From NCBI GenBank assembly GCA_043228905.1, contig JBHGNT010000020.1, positions 1,178,001 through 1,242,000 on the forward strand: a stretch of 64,000 nucleotides of DNA, in the 5' to 3' direction. Of the stretch, positions 35,031 to 48,577 are shown one piece after another. The notes beneath the pieces are model-generated. The model saw nothing but the letters and a program-made list of their open reading frames with translations. It was not told the origin of the DNA and made no database searches. Positions within the stretch are counted from its first letter, which is position 1, and the number at the start of each line of letters is the position of its first letter. The stretch is from Azolla caroliniana. Lineage: Eukaryota > Plantae > Polypodiophyta. The position numbers and the translations under genes were made by a program.

Positions 35031-38000
35031 TGTCGTGACTTGAGAATAGGAGAGAGAAAAATAAGATGACAGTAGAAGGTAGAGGGAGAGAGAGAGAAAG
35101 AACACTCGAAATGGAAAGAGAGTTTATATTATAAGAGTGCAAGGATTACAAAGAGTAGGCTAAGGGGCTACAAACTGGTGTTGAACCGAATGAGTTGTGA
35201 TGAATGAACACCTATTTATAGGTCCTTATGGAGTATTCTGGAATGTTCTAGAATATTTTAGATATTTATGATATAATCATGGAATATCCTAGAATGTTCT
35301 AGAATACTCTAGAATGTTCTAGAATACTCTAAATGTCTTGTAATAACTAATAATATATTTATTATAACTATACATCATATATGTTAGTATAATGTTTAAA
35401 GGTCTAACATATAGACCAAGACGTCTTGAGCTCGAATCCTTGTAAGGCCAAAATGTATGTCGTCATGACATTATCCCCCCTTTTCGACGATGAGTTCCAC
35501 GAGTCGGAAGACAAGATTTCTGACTTGGCTTATGAGGATATTTGTTGTGAAATGCAGCAACCATTTCAGAGGCATTAGCAAGATTCTCAAGAGGTTCCCA
35601 TGTTCGATCCTTAGGTGTATAACCTAACCAGTCAACCAAATAATACAGTTTGTTGCGAACGATCTTGGAGTCGAGAATGGCAGCAACTTCATATTCGGAG
35701 CCATTCGAAATTTCGATTAGAGGTGGGGAAGATGTAAGACGGCCTGGAATAGAGCTGGTTGTGTACGGCTCCAAAAGTGAAACATGGAAGACCGGGTGAA
35801 GATGCATATGAGGGGGAAGATCAAGGAGAAATGCCACATCATTGATCTTACCAGATATCACATATGGGCCAAAACGTTGATAATCCAATTTGCAGCAAGT
35901 TCGGGTTGTTTTAATGCGACCTTGTAAAAGCCATACTCGATCCCCCACTTGAAACGTAGTCGATGAATCACGTCGATGACGGTCGGCAACCTTCTTTTGA
36001 GTGTTTTGAGCATCACATAAATGGTGCAAAAGGATATCTTGAACTTCTTGGAGTCGGGTGAGCCGATCTTCAGCAGCCGGGTTTGTCGAGAGTTCGGGAT
36101 GTTCAAACATAGTCCAACGAGGATTGTACCCAATGTTTGCAAAAAATGGGGAATATCCAGTAGAAGAATGTTCTGAGTTATTGTAAGCAAATTCCACCAA
36201 ATGTAATAGATCAACCCAATCATCTTGTTGATAGTTGACAAAACAACGAAGATATTGTTCTACTGTTTGGTTGGTGCGCTCACTCTATCCGTTAGTTTTT
36301 GGATGATAGCCGGAAGAGAGTTTGCAAGAAGTATGTAAGAATTTGAACATGTGCCGCCAAAATTTTGAGATGAACTGGGGACCCCGATCACTGATAATAT
36401 CATCAGGAAGACCATGATGCCGAAACACCTCTCGCATGAGTAACTCGGTTGTCTCTTGGCTCGTAATGGCCTTTGTGCAGGGAAGAAAATGTGCCATCTT
36501 GGTAAAACGATCTACTACCGTGAGAATAGAATCAAAACCCTTGGAAGCTGGTAGATCCATAATGAAGTCCAATGAAATAGATTACCATGGACTCTCAGGA
36601 ATAGGCATTGGCTGTAATAAGCCATATGGATGATGTTGAGGTTTTTTGGACGGCAACATGTATCACAACTACGAACATAATCCGTAACAAAATGGCGAAG
36701 TCGTGGCCACCACTACCTTCGAGAAATTAACGCCAAAGTCTTGTGGATGCCAAAATGTCCAGCCATTGGTGTATCATGACATTGTTGCAAGACTTGGAGT
36801 CGAGAAGGACCATCAGGCACATATAGGAGATTTTGTCGAAAAAGTAAACCATCATGCCAATTGAACTGGTTGTAGTCTTGACGAGGATTTTGAGATTGTG
36901 AACAAGAAGCATGATTTGGGATAATATGGCTCAGAATATCTTGGGCGAATTCATCAGTCTCAATATGCTCCCGAATGGAGTCTAGAAGACTTGAATCCTC
37001 GGGTGTGTCTATAGCATGAAAAGCCATTAGTCGTAAACGGTCAAGACCCAAGAGGATTTGCTTCTGACTTTCAAATGCGGCCTCTCCTGGTTGAAGTTCC
37101 ATATATGAACGCCGAGATAAAGCATTTGCTTTGCCTTGTTGCGTCCCAGGGCGATATAGAATTACGAAGTCAAAACGAGTTAAAAACTGCGCCCAACGAG
37201 CTTGTCGACGACTCAAGACTCGAGCACTTTGGAAGTACGTTAGATTTTTGTGATCATTATAGACAATGATTTGTTGAGATGAACCCTCCAAAAAATGACG
37301 CCATTGTTGAAAAGAATCCACAATTGCAAGAAGCTCTTTGTCGTGAATTTCATAGTTGATTTCTGCAGCTTCGAATTTCCGTGAATGAAAAGCCACAGGG
37401 TGCAGTTGGCCATCATTGCTAATCTGGGATAATACGCTTCCTAGTGCGAAGTCGGATGCATCAGCTTCCAGTATAAAGCGCTTCAATGGATCAACATGCA
37501 TCAAAATTGGTGCGGATGTAAATGCTTGCTTTAATCCTTCAAATGCAGAGTTTGCATTTATACTCCACACAAATGGTTGATTCTTCTGTGTCAGTTGAGT
37601 GAGGGGCAATACGATATTTGAATAATCTTTGATGAACTTGCGATAAAAGTTTGCGAACCCTAAAAAACATTGTACATCTCGCACAGACTGTGGTGTTTGC
37701 CAATCCAAAACTGTTTGAACCTTTGCTAGATCCATAGAGATGCCATGTGAAGAGACTATATACCCCAAAAATTCCACTTGACGCTGGTCAAAGCTGCACT
37801 TCTCCAATTTTGCATAGAGACCATATTCATGCAATCGTTGCAAAGCTTGTCGAACGTGTATATCATGATCCTCTTGAGTTTTTGAGTGGGTCAAGATATC
37901 ATCTAGGTAAATTATGACGAAAATATCGAGGAAATCTTGAAAAATGTCATTCGCCATATGTTGGAAAACTGTTGGTGCATTCGTGAGACCAAATGGCATC

Positions 38001-40762
38001 ACTGTATACTCAAAATGGCCATAGCGAGTACGAAAAGCAGTCTTCCATTCATCCCCAAGACGAATTCGAACAAGATTGTAAGCACCTCGAAGATCTAACT
38101 TTGTGAAATACTTAGCTCCATTGAGGCGTTCCAGAAGGCTCGAAATCAATGGTACAACATATCGGTTTCGAATAGTTACTTTATTCAATCCTCAATAATC
38201 CACGACCAGACGAAGCGAACCATCTTTCTTCTTAACGAAAAATATGGGTGCGCCGGTAGGAGATCTTGAATGCTGGATAAACCCATTCGCCAAGTTCTCA
38301 TCAATATATTCCCGAAGAACCTCTAACTCTGTGGGTGAAAGGTTATAAATTGGCCCCCATGGAGGCTCTTTTCTAGGCTGCAAATCAATCGGGCAATCAT
38401 ATGGTCGATGCTCTGGTAGTCTATTGGCCTTCACCTTATCAAAAACATCGGAGAATTCTATATATTTCTTCGGTAGTTGGACCCCCGATTCTTGTGAGCT
38501 CGATGTGGGAGTTCCTAAAACTGTGAACACCAACATGTCTTCCTTTCGTCCTTCCTCACGTAATTGATGTATAGAGATTGTCGAAATCTTTTGGAATGTC
38601 ATATCCTTTGTTGGAGTTTTAAGAGGCTCAGAATGTATTGTGACTTCTTCGATGGTTCTTTTTCTCCAATCAATAGTTGGGTTATGTAGCTCAAACCATG
38701 GAAGACCAAGAACTAGGGAGTGCTCTGGACTACTAATGATGTTGAATGAGATGACACTAGCCAAATTGCCTAGGACTACATGAATTGGTTCAGACTCTTC
38801 AACTATATCACTTGATGCTATGGGGCGTCCATCAATGACTCCGACGGACATTGGGCTTGGGAGCTTATGCAACTGAATATTATGCATTACAGCAAACTCA
38901 CGATCCATGAAACAAGAGTTGGCTCCAGAGTCTAAGAGGGCAGAAGCTGGGACTCGATGGCACGTAGATGTGTTAAGCTCAACTTGTGCAGAGAAAACTC
39001 GACTAACTTGACCGGATGAAATGGAACCACAACTAGGGACGGACGTTACATGCCTAGGGTTGTCCAACCAAATGGCTCCGATTTTGGCCGGACTTACTCG
39101 TTTAACACATCATCTAATTGTCTCAAGACATCAAATGTATTTTTATGACAGGGACTACCAGGCCTACTTGGGTTACGAGAAGGCGGGGCAGAAATTGAGA
39201 TGGGATTGTCATGAGCACTTACTTGGTTAACTTGTCGTCATGGTTTATGTGGACAATTCACAGCAATATGCCCTGGACCACCACAATAGAGGCATAGACG
39301 ATTCACTCGTCGTCGTTGCTTTTCAGCATCCGATAATGGTCCTCGATGTCGTGTTGTCTCGATTTCCATTGGAGTAGGGCCTTCCACCACACTTGACTTT
39401 GATACTTGGGGTGGAGTTGCAACCACCGAAGCATATGTTTCTATTGGTCGAAAACGTAACATTTGTTGGCGCTCAGAACGCCGCTCAAATAAGCGATTGT
39501 CACATCGCACGGCCCGGCTTACTGCTTCAGTAAGAGATTTTGGATCATCATGGAAGGTAAGAAGTAAATCCTTCACATCATTGCGCAGACCTTGACGAAA
39601 TTGGTCCATTAATGCTGCCTCGTCCCATGGAATATCACATGCTAGAAGGCGAAAATCTGCAGCATAAGCAGAAGCAGGACGATCTCCTTGTCGTAATCGC
39701 CGAATTTTGTTTATTGCAGTCCTCATACTATCAGTGTCTCCAAAGTTGGCTTGGAACTCATTAATAAACCCTTCAAAATCTTCTAATAATGGTGAGCGCT
39801 TCTCTAGGAGTGGTGCAAACCACGCTAATGCGGTACCCGTTAACAAGGTACCAACTAGACCCACACGAGCAACATCAGTTGGGTAACGGCTAGGATGCAA
39901 TTTAATCACAAGCCGTACCTGATTTAAAAATCCACAAAACTGAGACCTTGTACCATCAAACTTGGTCGGCAGACTAATCTTGGGTTCCTTCGGCGAGGTT
40001 TGAACTTCCGCCGCTTGTTGTTGCAATAGAGTAGTCTCCAATTGATGCACCCGTTGAGATAATTCTTCATATTGTTGTACTTTTTCAGCACTTAATTGTT
40101 GTAGGTCTCCCAACAATCTTTGATTTTCATGCTCTAGTGCCACGAATTTGGTTGTTAGCATTTCGAACTCGGAGAGAACACGCATATATTCTTGCTTGCT
40201 GACGGACTCCATAGTTGCGATAGAAAATTGCTAGATTTGGTTGAATAAGGTTAAGATAAGAAGAAGAAGTTGGAGAAGAAGAAAAGAGATAGATTCGGTT
40301 CAAACTGTCGTGACTTGAGAATAGGAGAGAGAAAAATAAGATGACAGTAGAAGGTAGAGGGAGAGAGAGAGAGAAAGAACACTCGAAATGGAAAGAGAGT
40401 TTATATTATAAGAGAGCAAGGATTACAAAGAGTAGGCTAAGGGGCTACAAACTGGTGTTGAACCGAATGAGTTGTGATGAATGAATAGACACCTATTTAT
40501 AGGTCCTTATGGAGTATTCTGGAATGTTCTGGAATATTTTAGATATTTATGATATTTAATATAATCATGGAATATCCTAGAATGTTCTAGAATACTCTAG
40601 AATGTTCTAGAATACTCTAAATGTCTTGTAATAACTAATAATACATTTATTATAACTATACATCATATATGTTAGTATAATGGTTAAAGGTCTAACATAT
40701 AGACCAATACGTCTTGAGCTCGAATCCTTGTAAGGCCATACAAAATGTATGTCGTCATGACA
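35031..40762 (-). mobile_element. Full-length Tcn1-like chromovirus C, degenerate, different LTR family
   Basis: LTRs 40306-40762 and 35031-35470, TSD GTCTC, PPT ~35471-35484. gag 40212 to ~39095; pol 39067-35463 with stops; chromodomain present. Confidence 0.95.
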
Positions 40763-41212
40763 GTCTCTGGCTCTGTCAGGTTAACAGGGAGTGCGACCGA
40801 TTTTGTCATTAGTCGTGAGCATAGCCAAGGTATCCCGAAAGCGCAGCATGAGCGATAAAAGCTTATGCACGAGAACTGGTAAGGGCTTCCCACATATGTT
40901 CATCTTCTACCACAGTGGATGGTCCTGCGGTGGTGCACCGATGGTCACGTCCTGCATCTCTGTGTGCATCCGTTCCACGTTGCTTTTATTGACGGTCTCA
41001 ATCCATTCCTTGGCTGCATGTCGGACGTCATCTTGTTCTTGCCTTTGGTTGGCTTCGGTCTTGCTACATGTAGTCACGTGTTGAACGTCAGCCATAATAG
41101 TATTCACAGTTGGGGCCTTGCCGCGGTCCGTGGTTGGGCATTGGGTAGCGTTGTCACGAAGATTCGCGCGTGCGTGTGCTACTCGAGCGACCACCGGGGT
41201 CTTGGACTGGGG

Positions 41213-41747
41213 AGGATGTTTGCAGAATTATCGAAGAGATGACGATCAATGTAAGATTAGATGAAATTGGTTTACTTGAGAAGAAGAAAGATTGTACACT
41301 TGAGAAGTAGAAAAATATGAAGAAGATAAAGACAAATATAATTATATTGATGATAGTGGTGTTGGTGATATCACATATTGAGCCCCCCTTACACAAGCCC
41401 AACTAGAGGCTTTTATACTAGGTCTTTCCATGCTTGTGACATGCACAAAACCATGGGCTAAAACCATGGTTTTGTGCACACAGTTTTGCTTATGTCATGC
41501 ACAAACCATGGGTTTAGAACCATGGTTTTGTGCACATGGTTTTCTAATGGTTGTTTCATCTATAATTCATATATGAAAAGTAAATACATAAAATCTACAC
41601 TATATGATAGTTGTCCTAGTCGTAAGGCAATTATCTTGTATCTTAGAGGTGCAAGGTTCAAACCTTGCTTGCACCCCTGTGTATGAACTCAAGTGCCACT
41701 AGGCCTTAGGTTTATTTGCTAAGTGCATGTGCAATGTTGCACATCCT
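41213..41747 (-). mobile_element. Solo-LTR-like insertion in the gypsy gag region
   Basis: AT-rich block interrupting coding sequence. 7-bp terminal inverted repeat AGGATGT, TATAAAA on - at ~41411-41417. No clean TSD. Confidence 0.5.
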
Positions 41748-43789
41748 TGGTTTATTCGTCTCACTCGGTTTCACACCGTAGCCGAAAATCGTCACAACAG
41801 CGTAGTGGCCGGGTTGGTTACACTTAAAGCAGGTAACTGATGCCGAGTTGTTGTTGTCACCGTGCTCTCTGTGAGGGAAAGGTTGTGAGTGGTTCCCGGC
41901 TGCTTGTGTAGGCGTGTTGGCCCGTGGCGTGTTGTCCAGGATGTTAGGAAGGGGGTCCCAACGACGATTGTCATTCTGTCGTCGATTGTTCCGCGAACCT
42001 CTGTAAGAGTTTCTTCTATCGTTTCGTGAATACTGTTGATCGTATTGGTCATCCCGGTCATCATCGTACCGGTCATACTCATCGTTTGCTCTATATTGGT
42101 CATCGCGGTCTTGGTCACGGCGGTCGTTCGATCTCCTGCGGTTGTCGTGGTGATAGCGGTCGTCGTCGCGGCGGTAGTCGTCGTCGCGGCGCCAACGATC
42201 TGGGGATCGTGGTCACTCGTTCTCCCGATTTTGGTATGACTGACGTTCGTCCTGCCATGAGTAAGTATTCTGAGGCTCGATCTGGTGAACCAAAGCCGTC
42301 GTTGTGTGGTTGAGCATGTTGTATTTGCATTGTTACCGTGTGGGATCGAGACTTACATATTGGACAATGTGGCCGGTGAGGGCACTCGAGAGCCAGATGG
42401 CCTGAGCCCGAACAAGTTGTGCATTGGAGGTCTTGTCGAAACTGGTTGTCCTCCTGAGGAAGAGTTCTTTGCAAAGAGCCCATGGAGAAAATCGTGGTAT
42501 GTTGTGTCCGATCAATGGCAAGGACGTGTGCGATGACTTGCTCGATTGTTTGGTTCGAGAAATTGCTAAGTGCGAGAGTCATCCGTAGAGGCTCCCGTAG
42601 ACTGGAAAGGAAGGTATCTGGAATGTGATGAGCGGAGACATCATTGGCCAGTTGTCGGTAGAGATCCTGAAACCGGATCGTGAATTGGGCGACCGTCTCG
42701 TGAGGTTCTTGGCTCATGGAAAAGAATTGCCGTAGCAGTTCGCGCTTTGGAACTTCGCGGTGAAATAATTCTAGAAACTTTGTTTGGACGTCCTGGAACG
42801 TTGTGACCTCCCCCACATCAAAGCGGGAATACCATCGAGCAGCCGGTCCATCGAGGGATAAAGCAAATTCCGAGATTTTGGAGGACTCGATTTCGGCAGC
42901 TGATAACCACTGCATCGAGTGGTTGGCCTGCCATGTGGACACGAAAGCACCGGTGTTTAATTCCGCGTCGGGGCCATCTGTATATCGTGGGAAAGGGTAA
43001 TGCATGGTATCAAGATCCGGGTCTTCAGGTAAAGCCGGAAAAGGGTTAGGGTCAGGTTGGGTGACCTCTAGAGGGCTTGGCGGGGAGGTCGGTGCGGAAT
43101 CAACTCGCGACTGGGTATCGGGTGGCGAGGATTGCAACCGGTGAGCCTCTGATAGTTCCTCGAAAGATTGTTCTGTGACCGCCGAGTCGGAAGTTCCTTT
43201 GACTGGCTCAGGGCATCGGGCAAGTGGCCGAGACCGCGTGATGCGATTGGGCGCCGTAATGGCGGCTAGGGTTTGCCTCCTACGTAGTTCGCTGTGACCT
43301 TACAGTTGTAACCGTCCATGCCAAATTGTGTTAACTGTTTCTGGGGAAACACCTTTGATGAGCCCACAGGCTATCAGTATCAAGGGATCATGTTATGTGG
43401 AAACCTCTTTTACACTGAGAAGAAAATATGAGAACGAGGAGCTTGCACGGGCTACAACCCGTTAAGCATAGACGTAGCTTGGTTGCGAGTACCGGGGAGA
43501 ATACACCAATGAAGGAACAGTAAGAGTGAGATTTATATTAAATGAAAAGCTCACAATGATTATAGTACACGGCGCTCGGCCAAAAACAGGTTGTGCAAAG
43601 CTCAGTGCTACCCTTTGAGGTATGCATATCTCAAGTTATATAGTTTTCCTCTTCAGACAGAGCCGATCCATCGGCTGATTGTGAGGGCTAAAGACTCGAC
43701 TATTTCTAGTTCTACCTATTTCCTCACCTACTATTCTACCTACCAACGAGTTTACATAATGTATTTATATTTCTAGCCTATGGACAACA

Positions 43790-46700
43790 GCGTGTGTAAC
43801 TCTGTAGCCTTCTGTTGATGAAGTTGAATCTCAAGGTCGTTGCCTCGGAGCTTCTAGTTGTACTCCTCCTTTTAGCATAGTGATTCTGTTTCTCAAGGTT
43901 TGTAGACCACCGTGGTTTTTCCCATTTCGGGTTTCCACGTTAAAATCGTGTGTTTCTATCTCTTGTGCTATTTCTGTTTTTCTTACTCTGTCTAAGTGCA
44001 TTCTATTTTATGTTCCTTGCACCTGAACATTTGAATGAGAAGCTAGTTGTGGCCGGTCACGATTGTCGACAAAGTGGTATCAGAGCGAACAACACAGGAA
44101 ATGGAAGAATCATTCGACGGCATGTTCAAGCTCACTGGCTCCAACTACTTAGTGTGGAAGTCGAAGATGAGGGATATGTTGTTGGTTAAAGATCTTTGGT
44201 TGCCTGTTCAGTTCAGGGACAAGAGACTAGATAAGATCGATGCCACAGTGTGGGAGGTGATGAACATGAAGACAACGGCATACATCCGGTGCTTCATCGA
44301 CATCAGCATGTACAACAATTTCAATGAAGAAAGTAAGGCTCATGAACTCTGGGAGAAGATCGGCATCATGTTCCAGAACAAGAATGTTGTTAATCGCGTT
44401 TCAGTATTCCGGAAGCTAGTGAGGCTCCAGTACCAAGACAACTCTAGTATGGCAAAGCACATGAATGCCTTCCAGGGACTGATAAACCAGGCAACCTCGT
44501 TGGAAGTACCTCTCACCGATGAGGTACTCGCATTACTCCTGCTCGGTTCCCTCACGGACAGTTGGGAGACGCTAGTTGTCACGTTGGGCAACGCCAAGCC
44601 GGAAGGAAAACAGTTGTCCCTAGCAAGAGTCAACTCAAGCTTGCTAGATGAAAAAGCTCACCGAAAGGACCAGGAGTCCGGAACCGATCTGAAGGTCTTG
44701 GTTACGAAAGATGACCACAACCTGGGAAGAGGCCGGTATCTGAGTCCCCAAAACCAGGACAAATCAGGGACGAGGTCAAAGTCGAGAGGAAGGCCCACAT
44801 TCCTCTATTGCGGGAAGTCGGGGCACTTTCAAATGAATTGCTGACATTTCCGAAAGGAAAAAGGGGGAGCCAATAGTGTGCAACCAAAAAAAAAAATCAG
44901 AAAGCAGGAACATTTCGGCGATCGCGACAAGTGAGGAGAAGTTGTTGCTCATTAGTGAGCGGAACGAAGTGAACCTTGTCGGCGATGAATCGACGTGGGT
45001 GGTTGATTCGGGTGCATCATTTCACCTAATCCCTGACCAGAAATTCTTCTCATTGTACAGAGTCGTTGATCTCGGATCCGTAAAGATGGGAAATGAAGGA
45101 GCATGCCGACTGGCTGCAAATTCGTGCTGAGAGGTGTTCGACACATTCCAGAGGTTCGATTGAACCTGATATCAGCTGGTCGGTTGGATGATGAAGTCTA
45201 CACGGGTAGCATCCAGAATGGTGTGATGAGTTCTGCAAGGGGAGCCTAATCGTGGCTCGAGCACGGAAAACCAACACAATGTACATAATGCATGCTCGAT
45301 TATACCGTGGGGAAGTGAATGTGGCAGCCAAAACAGTCGGTGAATTGTGGCACAGGAGGTTGTGCCACATGAGCCAAAAGGGGATGCGAAAGCTTGCCGA
45401 GGACAACCTCATTCCGGATGTGAAGAACATGCAACTTGAGAAATGCACGGATTGCTTGGTTGGTAAGCAAAATCGAACATCCTTCCGAACAAGGCCCCCA
45501 ATGAGGAAGAAAATACCGTTGGAACTCCTACATACGGATGTATGCCACGTGGACACGAAGTCGCATAGTGGTTCACAATATTTCATGACCTTTATAGACG
45601 ACTATAGCCAGAAGTTGTGGGTTTCCATGCTGAAGACAAAGGATCAAGTGTTCAAAGAGTTCCAAGCGAGGGCCGAGAGAGAAACCGGTCGTAAGTTGAA
45701 GGCAGTCCGAGCGGACAATGGAGGAGAGTACCGCGGACCGTTCGAAGAATATTGCCGAAAAGAAGGAATCTGGCTTAAGTATAACGTGCCAAAAATGCCA
45801 AAGCTGAATGGGCTGGCCAACAGAATGAATCAGAACATAATGGAGAGAGTCTGAAGCATGCTTGGGCTGAGGCGCTAATGACAGCAACATATGTGATGAA
45901 CCGATCACCTTTAGTACCCTTGGACAGTGATATTCCACAATGGGTGTGGAACGGCAAAGATGTGTCGTACCGACATTTGAGGGTGTTTGGTTGTCTTCCT
46001 TTTGTGCATGTGGCAAAGGACCAGAGGGGGAAATTAGACCCGAAATCTCGTTCATGCATATTTCTCGATTACGGCGATGATGAGTTCAGCTATCGGCTAT
46101 GGAACTTAGCCGAGAAGAAGGTGATTAGGAGCCGAGACATTGTCTTCATGGAAGAGAAGACAATGATTGTTTTGGAGAACAAGAAAAGTCTCCAACCACC
46201 GAATCGAGCCAAGTCGATGTTTGGCTCGATCGTGTAGATGACGGTGATCTATCAAATACTTGGCAAAATCGAGAAACGATTGATCATCAAGGGGATTCGG
46301 CCGAACGACGAACCGAAATCGACTCAGATGAAGAGCTTGAACAACTAACCATACCGAACACAGGCCGAAAATACCCCCTTAGAGAGTGAAGAGCCCCCTG
46401 AAGATTTCCACATGAAGAACGTGTACTGCTAACCGATGCGAGGGAGGCGGAAAGCTAAGAAGAATCTAAGAAAGATACCCACAGCCGAGAGTGGTTACGT
46501 GCCATGCAAGAAGAGATGGATTCCTTGCATGAGAACCACACATACGAATTGACCGAGTTACCGAAGCGGAAGAATGCACTCCGAAATAAGTGGGTATGCA
46601 AGTTGAAACCAGGAGATGGTGGAAATCCACCCAGATACAAAGCACGAATTGTTGTAAAAGGGTTTCATCAAAAGAAGGGCATGGATTTCGACGAAATATT

Positions 46701-48571
46701 TGCCCCGGTAGTGAAGATGACATCCATCCGAATTGTGTTGAGCATTGCGGCCAACATGGATCTCAAAGTCGAACAATTGGATGTCAAGACAACGTTTCTG
46801 CACGGAGATCTCGAAGAGGAGATATTTATGCAGAAGCCGGAAGGATTTGTAGTGAAAGGTAAAGCAAACTTGGTATGCCGATTGAGGAAGAGCCTGTATG
46901 GGTTGAAGCAGGCTCCACAGCAATGGTATCAAAAATTCGAATCCTTCATGATTGAAACCGGGTACCACAAAACGTAGGTCTATCACCGTGTATTTGTGAA
47001 GAAGTTCGATGGAGGAGATTTCCTCATCCTTTTGTTGTACATGGACGACATGCTAATTGTCGGACGGGACCATATCAAGATCCAAGCACTGAAGAAGGCC
47101 TTGAACGGGTCATTCTCAATGAAGGATATGGGTCCTGCAAAGCAAATCCTGGGTATGCACATTGTTCGGGATAGAACAAAGAAATTGTTATGGCTATCAC
47201 AAGAGAAATATGTGACAAAGGTGCTCCAAAGATTCGGCATGGAAGGCGTGAAATTAATTGGCTCGACACTGCGGACGAACTGCAAGTTGAGTAAAGATCA
47301 ATGTCCGAAATCGAAAACCAAAAAGGCCGAGATGTCAAAAGTCCCCTAAATGCCTCGGCAGTTGGAAGTCTGATGTACGCAATGGAGTGTACCAAGCCGG
47401 ACATTGGATACACTATCAGAGTGGTCAGCCGATATATGAGCAATCCCGAGAAAGAGCATTGGGCTACCGTGAAATGGATATTTCGGTACATGAGAGGCAC
47501 CTCGAGCGTGTGTCTTCATTTTGGCTCAGGTAAGCCCACATTGGAAGGCTACACGGATTCGGACATATCGGCTAATGCAGATACCAGCCCTTCCACGTCC
47601 AGATACGTAATGACATACGCAGGGGGAGTTGTCTCGTGGCAATCAAGGTTGTAGAAGGTTGTGGCGTTATCTACCATGGAAGCCGAGTACATGGCCACAG
47701 CGGAAGCCGGCAAGGAAATCGAATGGATGAAGGAGTTTATTAGTGAGGTGGGAATTCGGCAAGAAGAATTCCGACTCTATTGTGATAATCAGAGTTCCAT
47801 CCACCTTGCGGAAAATGTCGCCTACCACTCGAGGACAAAGCACATCCAATGGAGGTATCATTGGCTCCGGGAGAGGGTAGAAGAAATGGAGTTCGCTCTA
47901 GTGAAGGTCCACAGGGCCAAAAATGAATCAGATATGTTGACTAAAGTGTTTCCAGCCGAAAAGCTAAGTGCGTGCCGATGTAAGATCGGATTGGTGCAGT
48001 ACCCCATGTCGTAGTGAAGGGGGAGTTTGTTACGAAGCGGGTCCCTCTAGATGGGAAGAGAAGAGCCGAGTTGATGAGAAACCGAAATCGTGTAGACAGC
48101 CAACTCGGACGACTATACTTGTAAATAGTCTAAATATGCCCTTATGAGCTACACTTGTAAATAACCCAAAAGGTGTACTAGTATAAATACTTAGGGAAAT
48201 CATAATATTATGGAGAGTTGTTGTTAAAAAGGTGACTAAGAAGGTTGTTGCCTCTGTAACTGTGTAACAGTAAGTGAGTGAGAGTGAGAGCGTGTGTAAC
48301 TATGTAGCCGTCTATTGACGAAGTTGAATCTCGAGGTCATTGCCTCGGAGCTTCTAGTTGTACTCCTCCTTTTAGCATAGTGATTCTGTTTTTCAGGGTT
48401 TGTGGACCCCCGTGGTTTTTCCCATTTCAGGTTTCCACGTTAAAATCACGTGTTTCTGTCTCTTGTGCTATTTCTGTTTTTCATACTCTATCTGAGTGCA
48501 TTCTATTTTACGTTCCTTGCACCCGAACATCCAAACGAGAAGCCAATTGTGGTCTGTCAAGATTCTCAACA
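43790..48571 (+). mobile_element. Older Tnt1/Tork-like copia, degenerate; 5' LTR cut by the gypsy
   Basis: Partial LTR 43790-44071, PBS TGGTATCAGAGC at 44075, fragmented gag-pol 44101-48014, PPT, 3' LTR 48028-48571. Confidence 0.92.
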
Positions 48572-48577
48572 AAGGGC

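Larger units (their letters stand above)
34807..43789 (-). mobile_element. Non-chromovirus gypsy 5' part (LTR 43329-43789, gag, protease) carrying nested insertions
   Basis: LTR TGTT..AACA; PBS-like TGGCATGGACGG (43312-43323, tRNA-Ser-like); gag 42115-43137 with two zinc knuckles; protease IIDGGSGVN ~34950-34980. Confidence 0.8.
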
